Source: Caedimonas varicaedens
Lineage (GTDB): Bacteria > Pseudomonadota > Alphaproteobacteria > Caedimonadales > Caedimonadaceae
Direction of reading: 5' to 3'
Assembly: GCA_001192655.1 (NCBI GenBank)
Contig: BBVC01000109.1
Location: 1-13,200 of the forward strand
DNA length: 13,200 bases
In this document: positions 6,004 through 12,723 of the stretch, one piece after another
Layout: the number at the start of each line of letters is the position of its first letter
Numbering within the stretch: the stretch's first letter is position 1
The notes under the pieces: model-generated
What the model was told of the DNA's origin: nothing
The model's input: only the letters and a program-made list of their open reading frames with translations
Databases searched by the model: none
Translations under genes and position numbers: made by a program

Positions 6004-6097
6004 CAGATGGTGGGGTTATGGTACCCTCCCCCTTGGGTTTGCCGAGGAGCAAACCCAAGGGGGAGGGTACCATAAACACCCCCACCTGTGCAATCTG
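6004..6097. repeat. 94-nt GC-rich near-perfect palindrome / long hairpin
   Basis: Base-by-base check: 6016..6042 (ttatggtaccctcccccttgggtttgc) pairs perfectly with 6049..6075 (27 bp) around the 6-nt loop cgagga. The structure extends by 7 bp (6009..6015 with 6080..6086) across a 4-nt bulge, then by 5 bp (6004..6008 with 6093..6097) across a 6-nt bulge, for 39 bp in total. Confidence 0.9.
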
Positions 6098-6120
6098 TAA
6101 AAGAAAAGAGTTAAAAAATG

Positions 6121-6198
6121 GCGGAATTCTCAAGAAGCTCACGAGAAACTCAAAAAATAAACTTTTGAATATAAAAATGAGCTTCTTGAGTTTTCTGC
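6121..6198. repeat. 21-bp imperfect inverted repeat (13-bp perfect core) bracketing a 36-bp, 81% AT spacer
   Basis: The core ctcaagaagctca (6129..6141) is the exact reverse complement of tgagcttcttgag (6178..6190). Extended arms 6121..6141 and 6178..6198 match at 18/21 positions. The spacer 6142..6177 (cgagaaactcaaaaaataaacttttgaatataaaaa) has 7 G/C in 36 nt and contains a small inner inverted repeat, tcaaaa/ttttga. Confidence 0.85.
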
Positions 6199-6242
6199 GG
6201 GTTACAGAGGACATACTTAAATTAAATGGGAGGCATGAATTT

Positions 6243-8414
6243 CTACGCATCCGATCCCTCCTGAGTTTTTGTTACAGGAATTATATGTCCTTCTTCGGGG
6301 TCTTTCATGTGAGTGGGGTAAACGTGGGTAATAATAGGCGTCACTTCCCCGGTCTCAAGGTCGATGTTCTCGCTCATCAGATAGATCATATTTTCAACAC
6401 ACATGACCCCATATTTGCTTCGTAGTGCATCACAATGACGATTGCAGTATTCAGGGCTGCGGTTAAACTTGATCAGTCCTTGAGAGGATAAAACATCAAT
6501 ACGCCGACGAATGGACATTTCACCCCCCAACCCTTCTTTCCCTTCGAACACTTGAGAGAACTGGGTGGGCGTATAGAGCTTGCCCTGTTTGGCTTCACGG
6601 AGGATCATGGTGAGGATGACGTCCTGAACTTGCTGGCGATCTTTCTGAGCTTTCTCACTGCGGTCGCTTCTAACGATGGCGATGCTGTCCGTCATCTCTT
6701 GCCAATGACCACTGACCTTGTCGATTTTCTTCATAGGGAGGGGTGGGCCATTGCGAAGCTCGAAACACAGATGCCGTAAACTTTCTGCCTCGTCAGGCTT
6801 ATAGAGAATCATACCGGAGGTGTAAAAGCTCCTGAGGACACTGGCACCGCTCAACACGTTAAAGGGGTCTTCCGTGATATCCGTTTTGGAAACTTTGCGG
6901 GTGTGATGCACCAGAATGACCCCTGCGTCAGGATTCAAAGCATCTTTCAGGGCGCGGATGCGATCTTGGAGAAAGCGCATCATCTCCATATTGTCGTTTT
7001 CAGAAGCCCCAGGGTAAACATTTCGCAGGGGGTCAATGACAATGAGATCAGGGATAAAACGCTCTTTGATGGTATGGTAAAGGCGCTCCATGCCCTCTTC
7101 ATCCAACAGCATACGGATACTGTCTGTAATCATCAAATTTTGACGCATCAACGGCAAATGTTGAGCCTCTGGGGTCAAAGCGCGTAGACGTTCGCGCATA
7201 TAGGCGTGATCGATTTCCGACTGGAAGTAAAATATCTTCAAGGGTTGAGGTGTGTTCATGCCCAGAAAAGGCAAGCCTGCGGACAGACGAATGAGCCAGT
7301 TCAGCATAAAATCCGTCTTGCCGACTTTGGGCGCACCGCCGAACAACAAAATCCCCCCTGGGGTCAGAACACGGGGTTCGATCAAATCAAAGGGCATGGT
7401 ATGCTCTTCATCCAGCCATTCTCCCAACGATTGATAGGGAATCGGCTTGATGTTGGGCAGAATCAGACCTTGCCCTTCGTCACAAGGCTTGACCATCCGC
7501 ATATTGGACTGGAGAAGTTCGTCAATGTTTCTGCCTTCCTCTACGGCTTCCGCGGCATCCCATTTCAGAGGAATACCGTCAGGGAGCTTTAATACGTAGA
7601 GGGATAAAACGTCTTGGGTATATAAAAACGTGGAGAGCCGTTCGGCGTAGTTTAACCCTGGCACATCGTTATCTGGCCAGATCAGAACATGCTTTCCTTT
7701 GAGGGGCGACCAGTCTGTTTTGTCAAGGGGGGCTTTGGCACCTCCCATCGCTGTGGTGGCGGTAATACCTTTGGCAATCAACGCCTCGGCGCACTTCTCC
7801 CCTTCCACAATGACAACGTTGTCAGCTTTTAAAATCCCCGGCAAATTGTAAAGAGGACGAGGTTCAGGGGGATGATAAGTTTGGGTCGCCACATCAAAAG
7901 GTCGAAACTCTTTTTCATCCTCGCCGGTGTTGTAGCGATAGGCATAAGCGATAATATTGCCCTCGACATCATGGTACGCCCATTGAGCATCAGGAGCGCT
8001 GAGGTTGATCTTTTTCTTGGGCTTTCGAGGACTTTGCGTTTTGCCTGCTTCCGGCATCCCCAGCCATTTGCGCATATCCTGTAAAATCTCTGGGAACTGG
8101 CTACGGCTATCCCAGCCTTTCACCTGTCCCCAGAGAGAGAAAATATCCCCCCCTTCACCGGTGGCAAAGTCATGCCAGAGACCGCCCTTGCTGCCGTCTA
8201 ACTCGATCTTCAGGCTTTGCCCCTCTTCCCCCTTCACGCTGCCGATCAAAAATTCATGACGGGCAGTTTCGCCATTGGGAAACAGATAAAACAAGGCGGG
8301 TTCAAGTTTTTGAAGCAGAGCACGTTCAATCTCTGCCTTGTCGTCTTGGGGAGGCGTGGATTGTTGCACCTCTTCCTCATCGTCAAGACCGCTAAAGCGA
8401 TTCAGGTTTAGCAT
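6243..8414 (-). CDS. bifunctional DNA primase-helicase: zinc-less primase N-domain, Toprim domain, RecA-fold (RepA/AAA_25-like) helicase and C-terminal winged helix; 723 aa
   Basis: N-domain motif GGLWHDFATGEGGDIFSLWG, the phage/plasmid primase-associated type. Toprim motifs VVIVEGEKCAEAL and LIWPDNDVPG. Walker A is GGAPKVGKT and Walker B is DLIVIDPL. The C-terminal segment GGEMSIRRRIDVLSSQGLIKF is wHTH-like. Start taken at Met14 of the track ORF (ATG 8414..8412): AAGAGG lies 7 nt upstream and the junction with the nuclease stop is a TGATG overlap. Confidence 0.9.
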   Translation of the reverse strand: MLNLNRFSGLDDEEEVQQSTPPQDDKAEIERALLQKLEPALFYLFPNGETARHEFLIGSVKGEEGQSLKIELDGSKGGLWHDFATGEGGDIFSLWGQVKGWDSRSQFPEILQDMRKWLGMPEAGKTQSPRKPKKKINLSAPDAQWAYHDVEGNIIAYAYRYNTGEDEKEFRPFDVATQTYHPPEPRPLYNLPGILKADNVVIVEGEKCAEALIAKGITATTAMGGAKAPLDKTDWSPLKGKHVLIWPDNDVPGLNYAERLSTFLYTQDVLSLYVLKLPDGIPLKWDAAEAVEEGRNIDELLQSNMRMVKPCDEGQGLILPNIKPIPYQSLGEWLDEEHTMPFDLIEPRVLTPGGILLFGGAPKVGKTDFMLNWLIRLSAGLPFLGMNTPQPLKIFYFQSEIDHAYMRERLRALTPEAQHLPLMRQNLMITDSIRMLLDEEGMERLYHTIKERFIPDLIVIDPLRNVYPGASENDNMEMMRFLQDRIRALKDALNPDAGVILVHHTRKVSKTDITEDPFNVLSGASVLRSFYTSGMILYKPDEAESLRHLCFELRNGPPLPMKKIDKVSGHWQEMTDSIAIVRSDRSEKAQKDRQQVQDVILTMILREAKQGKLYTPTQFSQVFEGKEGLGGEMSIRRRIDVLSSQGLIKFNRSPEYCNRHCDALRSKYGVMCVENMIYLMSENIDLETGEVTPIITHVYPTHMKDPEEGHIIPVTKTQEGSDA

Positions 8415-9172
8415 CAGCCAACCTCTTTCCAGCAGGTGGTCGCCCACGCACAAAAACGACAGATAAATCCTTCAGAAGTTGAGCTCCCTCGTGGAAAGAG
8501 ATGACCCGATTTTGTGTCTTTCAGAATATTCACCGCACGGTCACTGGCTTCCTGCGCCAGAGCACGGTCATAAGGCACCCATTCGTGATAAAGGGCGGAC
8601 GTATTTTTGTTAATGGCGGTAAAAAGAGCGGGATGTTCAGAAACTCTGGGAACGGATTCTTCCATATACCCTTGATACAAGGCGATCTGAACCGCATAAT
8701 CGGGTTTAGAGGCTTTGAGCCCTTTGGCGACTGTTTCTTTCCAGGATCGCTCGTTCATGGTCTTGCACTCCCAAAGGGCCGGAACAGCCATGTTGAGAGA
8801 AGCCGGAGCTTTGTGAATAATGCCGTCCACATGCCCTTGAATTTTGCCATCCGCGGTGGAAAACCCCAGAGGCTGACCGTCTTCATGGGTGATGATCTCA
8901 AACTCTGCTTTGCGTAACCATTCTCGCGCCAATGCCTCTAAAGTATGGCCGATCTCAAATGTCCGCAGCGTTTGCCCTGTAAAAGGTTTATCTTTGGGGA
9001 TGTTGAGGTATCCGTATTGGATTTCTCGTCCGCAAGAACGACCCAGAGAGGAAGCCCCTAAATAGGTACGAGGGGACTGTTTTTTCTCACGCACTTGAAG
9101 AGCTTCATCGATCAAAGCATTGAGAGCTTCCACAGAAGATAAAGGCAGGCTTGTTTCTTGTTCCATCAACAT
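8414..9172 (-). CDS. Cas4-like PD-(D/E)XK exonuclease with a predicted 4Fe-4S cluster, 252 aa
   Basis: Nuclease motifs GHVDGIIH ... LWECKT (D...ExK) and QIALYQGY (QxxxY). One N-terminal Cys (GRSCGREIQ) plus C-terminal CRFCAWATTC (CxxCx5C) gives the Cas4/AddB-type four-Cys arrangement. AGGAGGTG lies 6 nt upstream of ATG 9172, with a TAATG overlap with the helicase stop. Confidence 0.85.
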   Translation of the reverse strand: MLMEQETSLPLSSVEALNALIDEALQVREKKQSPRTYLGASSLGRSCGREIQYGYLNIPKDKPFTGQTLRTFEIGHTLEALAREWLRKAEFEIITHEDGQPLGFSTADGKIQGHVDGIIHKAPASLNMAVPALWECKTMNERSWKETVAKGLKASKPDYAVQIALYQGYMEESVPRVSEHPALFTAINKNTSALYHEWVPYDRALAQEASDRAVNILKDTKSGHLFPRGSSTSEGFICRFCAWATTCWKEVG

Positions 9173-10911
9173 TATGCCACCTCCTGGAGAGATGATGTGT
9201 TTTGATCAAAGGTTTTAAGAAGAGCTTTAATCTGTCGATGATGGTAGGTCAGTGCCATCAATGCGGAAGCTTTAATCTTGGTCAACTCTGGATCATCGGC
9301 AAAACGAGAAAGAGTGAAATTCATTTTACGCAAAGCATTTTTTTGCGCTTCTGTGGCCAACTCCAGCAGCCATTTCTTCTCTTTGTAGGCAGAGCCTGAA
9401 TCTTCATGAAGATTAATAAAATCACTGGCGGCGGCCATACACACTTCTTTCCCTCCCACGGCCAGAAGCTGAGGATCGTAGTCCTCTCCCAAGATAGCTC
9501 CTGTTTTAGGCTGTACTTTCCAACCAACGCCATACCATTGATTATGATGATTCAAAATAACCCCACAGGCTTTAAAGCCCACGGCCATCATGGTTTTTTC
9601 TTGCCCAGTGGGATCAAACCAATAAAAAGGAGACGTGCTGACCATCGTGTCTATTTCCATCAAGACAAAGTCCTGAGTCCTTAATATGCGCACATCTTTG
9701 TCTTTGCGTTCAAAGACCCAGCCACACAAAGGACATTCATAGACCGCAGGGGGCACTTGACCAAAACACTCAGGACAGTTTTTAAAGGGTTGTTCTATGA
9801 GATCGCCGGTCAGCTGATCCTCAAGTTTTACGTCTTGTTCAAGACGACCATGGGTGAGCGTTGCCGTGCCAAAATCCAGCACCAGACAATCGTTTTTAAT
9901 CTGACGTGATGTGAGCGGAAGCGTGCGCAGACCCCGTCCTATCATTTGGATCAGGGTCGCTTTATAGGAACTGGGTCGAAGCAAAACCACGCACGAAGTG
10001 ATTGGCGCGTCCCAGCCTTCGGTTAAAACTGCCACATTGACCAAAACCTGAATTTTACCTTTTTGATAAGCGCTGAGGATGACCCTTCGTTCTTCTTTGG
10101 GCATCTCTCCTTCGATGCAGGCAGATTTAATTCCTGCCTGTTGAAAAGATTTACACACATGCTGGGCATGGGCAACTGTAGAACAAAAAACTACCGTCGA
10201 GCGATTATGCGCGAATTGCTTCCAATGGCTGACCACCGCTTCATTCAGGGGGCGTGTATTCATAATTTGAGCCACTTCGTCCATATCGTAATCATTCAGG
10301 GTTTTCTTGACCTTTCCCAAACGCCCTTGTGTGCCGATATCCATAATAAAAGTGCGGGGTTTGACCAGATGCCCTGAAGCCACTAATTCACTCACCGTAA
10401 TCTGATCGCAGACGTTGGTAAAAATAGTTCCCAACCCCTTCTTGTCCCCCCGATTGGGTGTGGCGGTCATGCCCAGAAGTTTGAGTTGAGGATTGAGTTC
10501 ACGGGCTTGGCTAATCACTTTTTGATAGCTTTCCGCACGGGAATGATGGGCCTCATCAATGACCAGAAGATCAAGTTTAGGCAAGGTGGACAAACCATAA
10601 GGTCTGGCAAGTGTTTGAATCATCCCGAAGGTCACATCCGCTGTCCACGACTTGCGAATCGCATCAAAAATTCCCGTGGATAATTGAGGGTTGACCTTCT
10701 TGAACTTATCCTGATTCTGGGCTGTCAACTCATCCCTGTGGGCAATAATGCAGGTCTTTTGAGGAGAGCGTGAAAACATCTCCCCTACAATAGCCGAGAG
10801 CATAATCGTCTTGCCCGCCCCCGTGGGGGCAACGGCAAGGGTATTATTCTGGGAAGAGAGCGCAAGAACAGCACGCTTGACCAGTTGTTGTTGTCGAGGG
10901 CGGAGTAACAT
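9172..10911 (-). CDS. SF2 DEAH-box helicase with C-terminal zinc ribbon and extension, 579 aa
   Basis: Motif I is APTGAGKT, motif II is LLVIDEAHHS, motif III is GMTATPNR and motif VI is QMIGRGLR. A CPECx11CPLC zinc ribbon follows the core. GAAGGA lies upstream of ATG 10911. Confidence 0.9.
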   Translation of the reverse strand: MLLRPRQQQLVKRAVLALSSQNNTLAVAPTGAGKTIMLSAIVGEMFSRSPQKTCIIAHRDELTAQNQDKFKKVNPQLSTGIFDAIRKSWTADVTFGMIQTLARPYGLSTLPKLDLLVIDEAHHSRAESYQKVISQARELNPQLKLLGMTATPNRGDKKGLGTIFTNVCDQITVSELVASGHLVKPRTFIMDIGTQGRLGKVKKTLNDYDMDEVAQIMNTRPLNEAVVSHWKQFAHNRSTVVFCSTVAHAQHVCKSFQQAGIKSACIEGEMPKEERRVILSAYQKGKIQVLVNVAVLTEGWDAPITSCVVLLRPSSYKATLIQMIGRGLRTLPLTSRQIKNDCLVLDFGTATLTHGRLEQDVKLEDQLTGDLIEQPFKNCPECFGQVPPAVYECPLCGWVFERKDKDVRILRTQDFVLMEIDTMVSTSPFYWFDPTGQEKTMMAVGFKACGVILNHHNQWYGVGWKVQPKTGAILGEDYDPQLLAVGGKEVCMAAASDFINLHEDSGSAYKEKKWLLELATEAQKNALRKMNFTLSRFADDPELTKIKASALMALTYHHRQIKALLKTFDQNTSSLQEVA

Positions 10912-10914
10912 GGT

Positions 10915-11559
10915 TTACAGTCCTTCTTGAGATTCGGCTTGCGCCCAGTCTTCCGCTTCAGGAAGATCAGCAGACGCAAAAGAAGGGGATGTGCCAGGGA
11001 TGACAGGTGCCGGCATTCCTCCTTGAGGATGTCCTCGTCCTCCCCGATAATCCTTATGACCAAAGGGAATAATTTTTTGGATACAGTTTTTATCAACACC
11101 ACGATCATCGGGTTTAATACCGATCTGCACGGTAAACTCAAGTCCATCCAGTCCTTGAAAACTCATGCTATCTCTGAGAGCGACAGCACTTTCCGAGGTG
11201 TCTTTAGAGATTAATCCGTAAGCCGAGTTGACAATCTGCAACATGCGTCTAAAGCCGTTCATATGATAATCATCTTGTTCAGGATCGTAAGGCGCGTCAG
11301 GTTCATTTGGTTTCTTAGGTTTTGTCTTGCCTTTGAGACCAAGCTTGTCGTAAACGATGCGACGGGCATAAGGGTCGGTGAGAATCTTAAAACTGCAATC
11401 CAGATAAATGCTGTCACTGCTTTTGCTCTGGGTGGCATAGCCGTCCGTCCAATCGTACGCAGGGTCATTATACCCCCCCTTTTTGATGGTCAGACACACA
11501 CGGGCAATCGTTCCTTCGGGAATGAGATTAGGGTCGGAATACTTATTTAAATTCAACAT
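10915..11559 (-). CDS. probable phage single-stranded-DNA-binding-like protein (DUF669-like), 214 aa
   Basis: It sits directly after an AAA_24/Sak4-type ATPase, as in many siphophage replication modules. It has an N-terminal LIPEGT motif, a Gly/Pro-rich linker (DYRGGRGHPQGGMPAPVIPGTSPS) and an acidic C-terminal tail (DLPEAEDWAQAESQEGL) like SSB tails. AGGAG lies 10 nt upstream of ATG 11559. The family call is from memory and context. Confidence 0.55.
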   Translation of the reverse strand: MLNLNKYSDPNLIPEGTIARVCLTIKKGGYNDPAYDWTDGYATQSKSSDSIYLDCSFKILTDPYARRIVYDKLGLKGKTKPKKPNEPDAPYDPEQDDYHMNGFRRMLQIVNSAYGLISKDTSESAVALRDSMSFQGLDGLEFTVQIGIKPDDRGVDKNCIQKIIPFGHKDYRGGRGHPQGGMPAPVIPGTSPSFASADLPEAEDWAQAESQEGL

Positions 11560-12466
11560 CTGTAGGGAGCTCCTGTATTAAGGGTTGAGGGTTGGAGGGG
11601 GAGAGAATCTTCTTCATCAGATTGCCCAGATGATTGGGTTCTTGAACGCTGAGTTTTCCTGAACGATCTTTGGCGGGATAATGCCAAAAATTGTTTTTTT
11701 TGCAGATAAAAGCACGATATTTAATAGGTGTTCCTTTGTCGGGCTCTGTTGTCTTGAGGCCGTCCACAAAAGCGTAGGTCAGGATAATATCCACAATGCC
11801 AGGGAGCTCTCGCTTGAGCTTGTCGCCCTCGCATTGAAGCTGGTGAATAGGTTCGTTGTTCGAATTGAACTTTGATTCCAGCAATCCCACAAACCAGATA
11901 TTTTTATTGGGGATGCGCTGGAAGTGATTCACCCACGTCATCATCTCCTGACCAATGAGATCAAACTTCTTCCAGTTGTTCTCTTCTCCTGACTTGGCAA
12001 CAACGTCAGGTTGTTGTTCGCACCATTTACGGCACCAGCGACTGGCAACGGTGATCGAGTCAATAAAGATAGTGTCGTACTGATCAACGTCATAAAGCGC
12101 GCCATAGTCTTTTTTAAGCTGTGCATAAATTTCAGCACTATAGGGGCTTTCTTTTTTTTGATTACAGTCAGGGCCTCCGATCAAGGTAGCGAAATGACGG
12201 CAATGTTCCCAAGTCTTGAGATAGGCCGTTTTAACATCCAGTTCGCCAATAGCCAGACTGCCTGCCTCCAAGTCGATAAACAGGGTACGTGAAGCATCAA
12301 GGGTTTTGAGCAAAGTAGTCTTGCCAATCCCGAATTCTCCTAGGATCAATCCTTTAATCCCTCGATGTTTAGCCAGACGTTCGCTAGCCGTAATAATAGG
12401 GGGCAGAAGAGAGAGCTTGGGCTCTTCTGCTTTCTTGGTTTCTGTGGGTTGTGGGGAGGTCGTCAT
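11543..12466 (-). CDS. AAA_24 / Sak4-like RecA-fold ATPase (phage recombination/annealing-associated), 307 aa
   Basis: Walker A is LILGEFGIGKTTLL, followed by TLFIDLEAG, and Walker B-like is DTIFIDSIT. This is the arrangement typical of the AAA_24 family. It is followed by an SSB-like gene and then a helicase. Confidence 0.8.
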   Translation of the reverse strand: MTTSPQPTETKKAEEPKLSLLPPIITASERLAKHRGIKGLILGEFGIGKTTLLKTLDASRTLFIDLEAGSLAIGELDVKTAYLKTWEHCRHFATLIGGPDCNQKKESPYSAEIYAQLKKDYGALYDVDQYDTIFIDSITVASRWCRKWCEQQPDVVAKSGEENNWKKFDLIGQEMMTWVNHFQRIPNKNIWFVGLLESKFNSNNEPIHQLQCEGDKLKRELPGIVDIILTYAFVDGLKTTEPDKGTPIKYRAFICKKNNFWHYPAKDRSGKLSVQEPNHLGNLMKKILSPSNPQPLIQELPTDVEFK

Positions 12467-12467
12467 C

Positions 12468-12692
12468 TTAGGCTACCCTTCTTTGAGGAGCGTGAGGCAT
12501 AACCAGACCGTACAGTTTGCGGGGCTCTTTAATGCGGTTGAGAAATTGGATGCGTTCTTCGATTTCTTCTCTGACGTGCGCTAGAAGAGCTTGGTAGTCA
12601 GATGAATGAAGATGCATAAAATAGCCGTCAGGCTCATGCTTCAGATGCTCGTAAGTTAAACGAGGAGACTGATGAAAGGGGACAGGTAACAT
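12468..12692 (-). CDS. hypothetical protein, 74 aa
   Basis: AAGGA lies about 9 nt upstream of ATG 12692. The stop is 1 nt from the start of the ATPase gene. No family recognised. Confidence 0.5.
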   Translation of the reverse strand: MLPVPFHQSPRLTYEHLKHEPDGYFMHLHSSDYQALLAHVREEIEERIQFLNRIKEPRKLYGLVMPHAPQRRVA

Positions 12693-12723
12693 AGGTAAAT
12701 TCCTTTCTTTGGGTTAAAGACGG

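Larger units (their letters stand above)
5937..6242. promoter_or_regulatory. only large non-coding gap in the array; candidate replication origin and/or RNA-processing / regulatory region
   Basis: This 306-nt gap lies immediately 3' of the primase-helicase gene. It contains the two inverted-repeat structures listed separately and an AT-rich tract. The ORFs called across it (5933..6250 minus, 5964..6425 plus) are palindrome or low-complexity artefacts. The functional assignment is inference only. Confidence 0.35.

Noticed and set aside
6004-6097. The long hairpin read as a rho-independent terminator, or as a protelomerase (telomere resolution) site.
   Set aside because: No T/U tract follows the stem on either strand, so it is not a canonical intrinsic terminator. 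Known tel sites are dyad-symmetric through the centre, whereas the central 6 nt here (cgagga) are not palindromic, and no protelomerase gene is visible.
5933-6425. Track ORFs 5933..6250 (minus, 105 aa) and 5964..6425 (plus, 153 aa) span the non-coding gap and encode mirrored peptides (VPSPLGL..KPKGEGTI on both strands).
   Set aside because: The mirrored peptides are a direct consequence of translating both strands of the 6004-6097 palindrome. The remainder is F/L/K-rich low-complexity sequence from the AT-rich tract. Neither start has an SD, and the plus ORF runs antisense into the primase-helicase gene.
7375-7383. GGTTCGATC, a tRNA T-loop-like string.
   Set aside because: It lies inside the primase-helicase coding frame, with no flanking acceptor or anticodon stems. 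I saw no tRNA or tmRNA anywhere in the window.
8415-8453. Longer N-terminal extensions offered by the ORF track: 6243..8453, 1660..2337, 1461..1733 and 2996..3349.
   Set aside because: In each case an internal ATG has a good SD at 6-10 nt and gives a short overlap (1-23 nt) with the upstream gene. The upstream-most ATG lacks an SD and would overlap the preceding gene by about 35-85 nt.
11694-11702. Homopolymer runs inside coding sequence: T9 at 11694..11702 and T8 at 12152..12159 in the AAA_24 gene, and T8 at 3019..3026. These were considered as possible slippage or phase-variation sites.
   Set aside because: They encode plain Lys-Lys(-Asn) codons. No extended alternative frame follows them, and runs of this length are unremarkable at this base composition.
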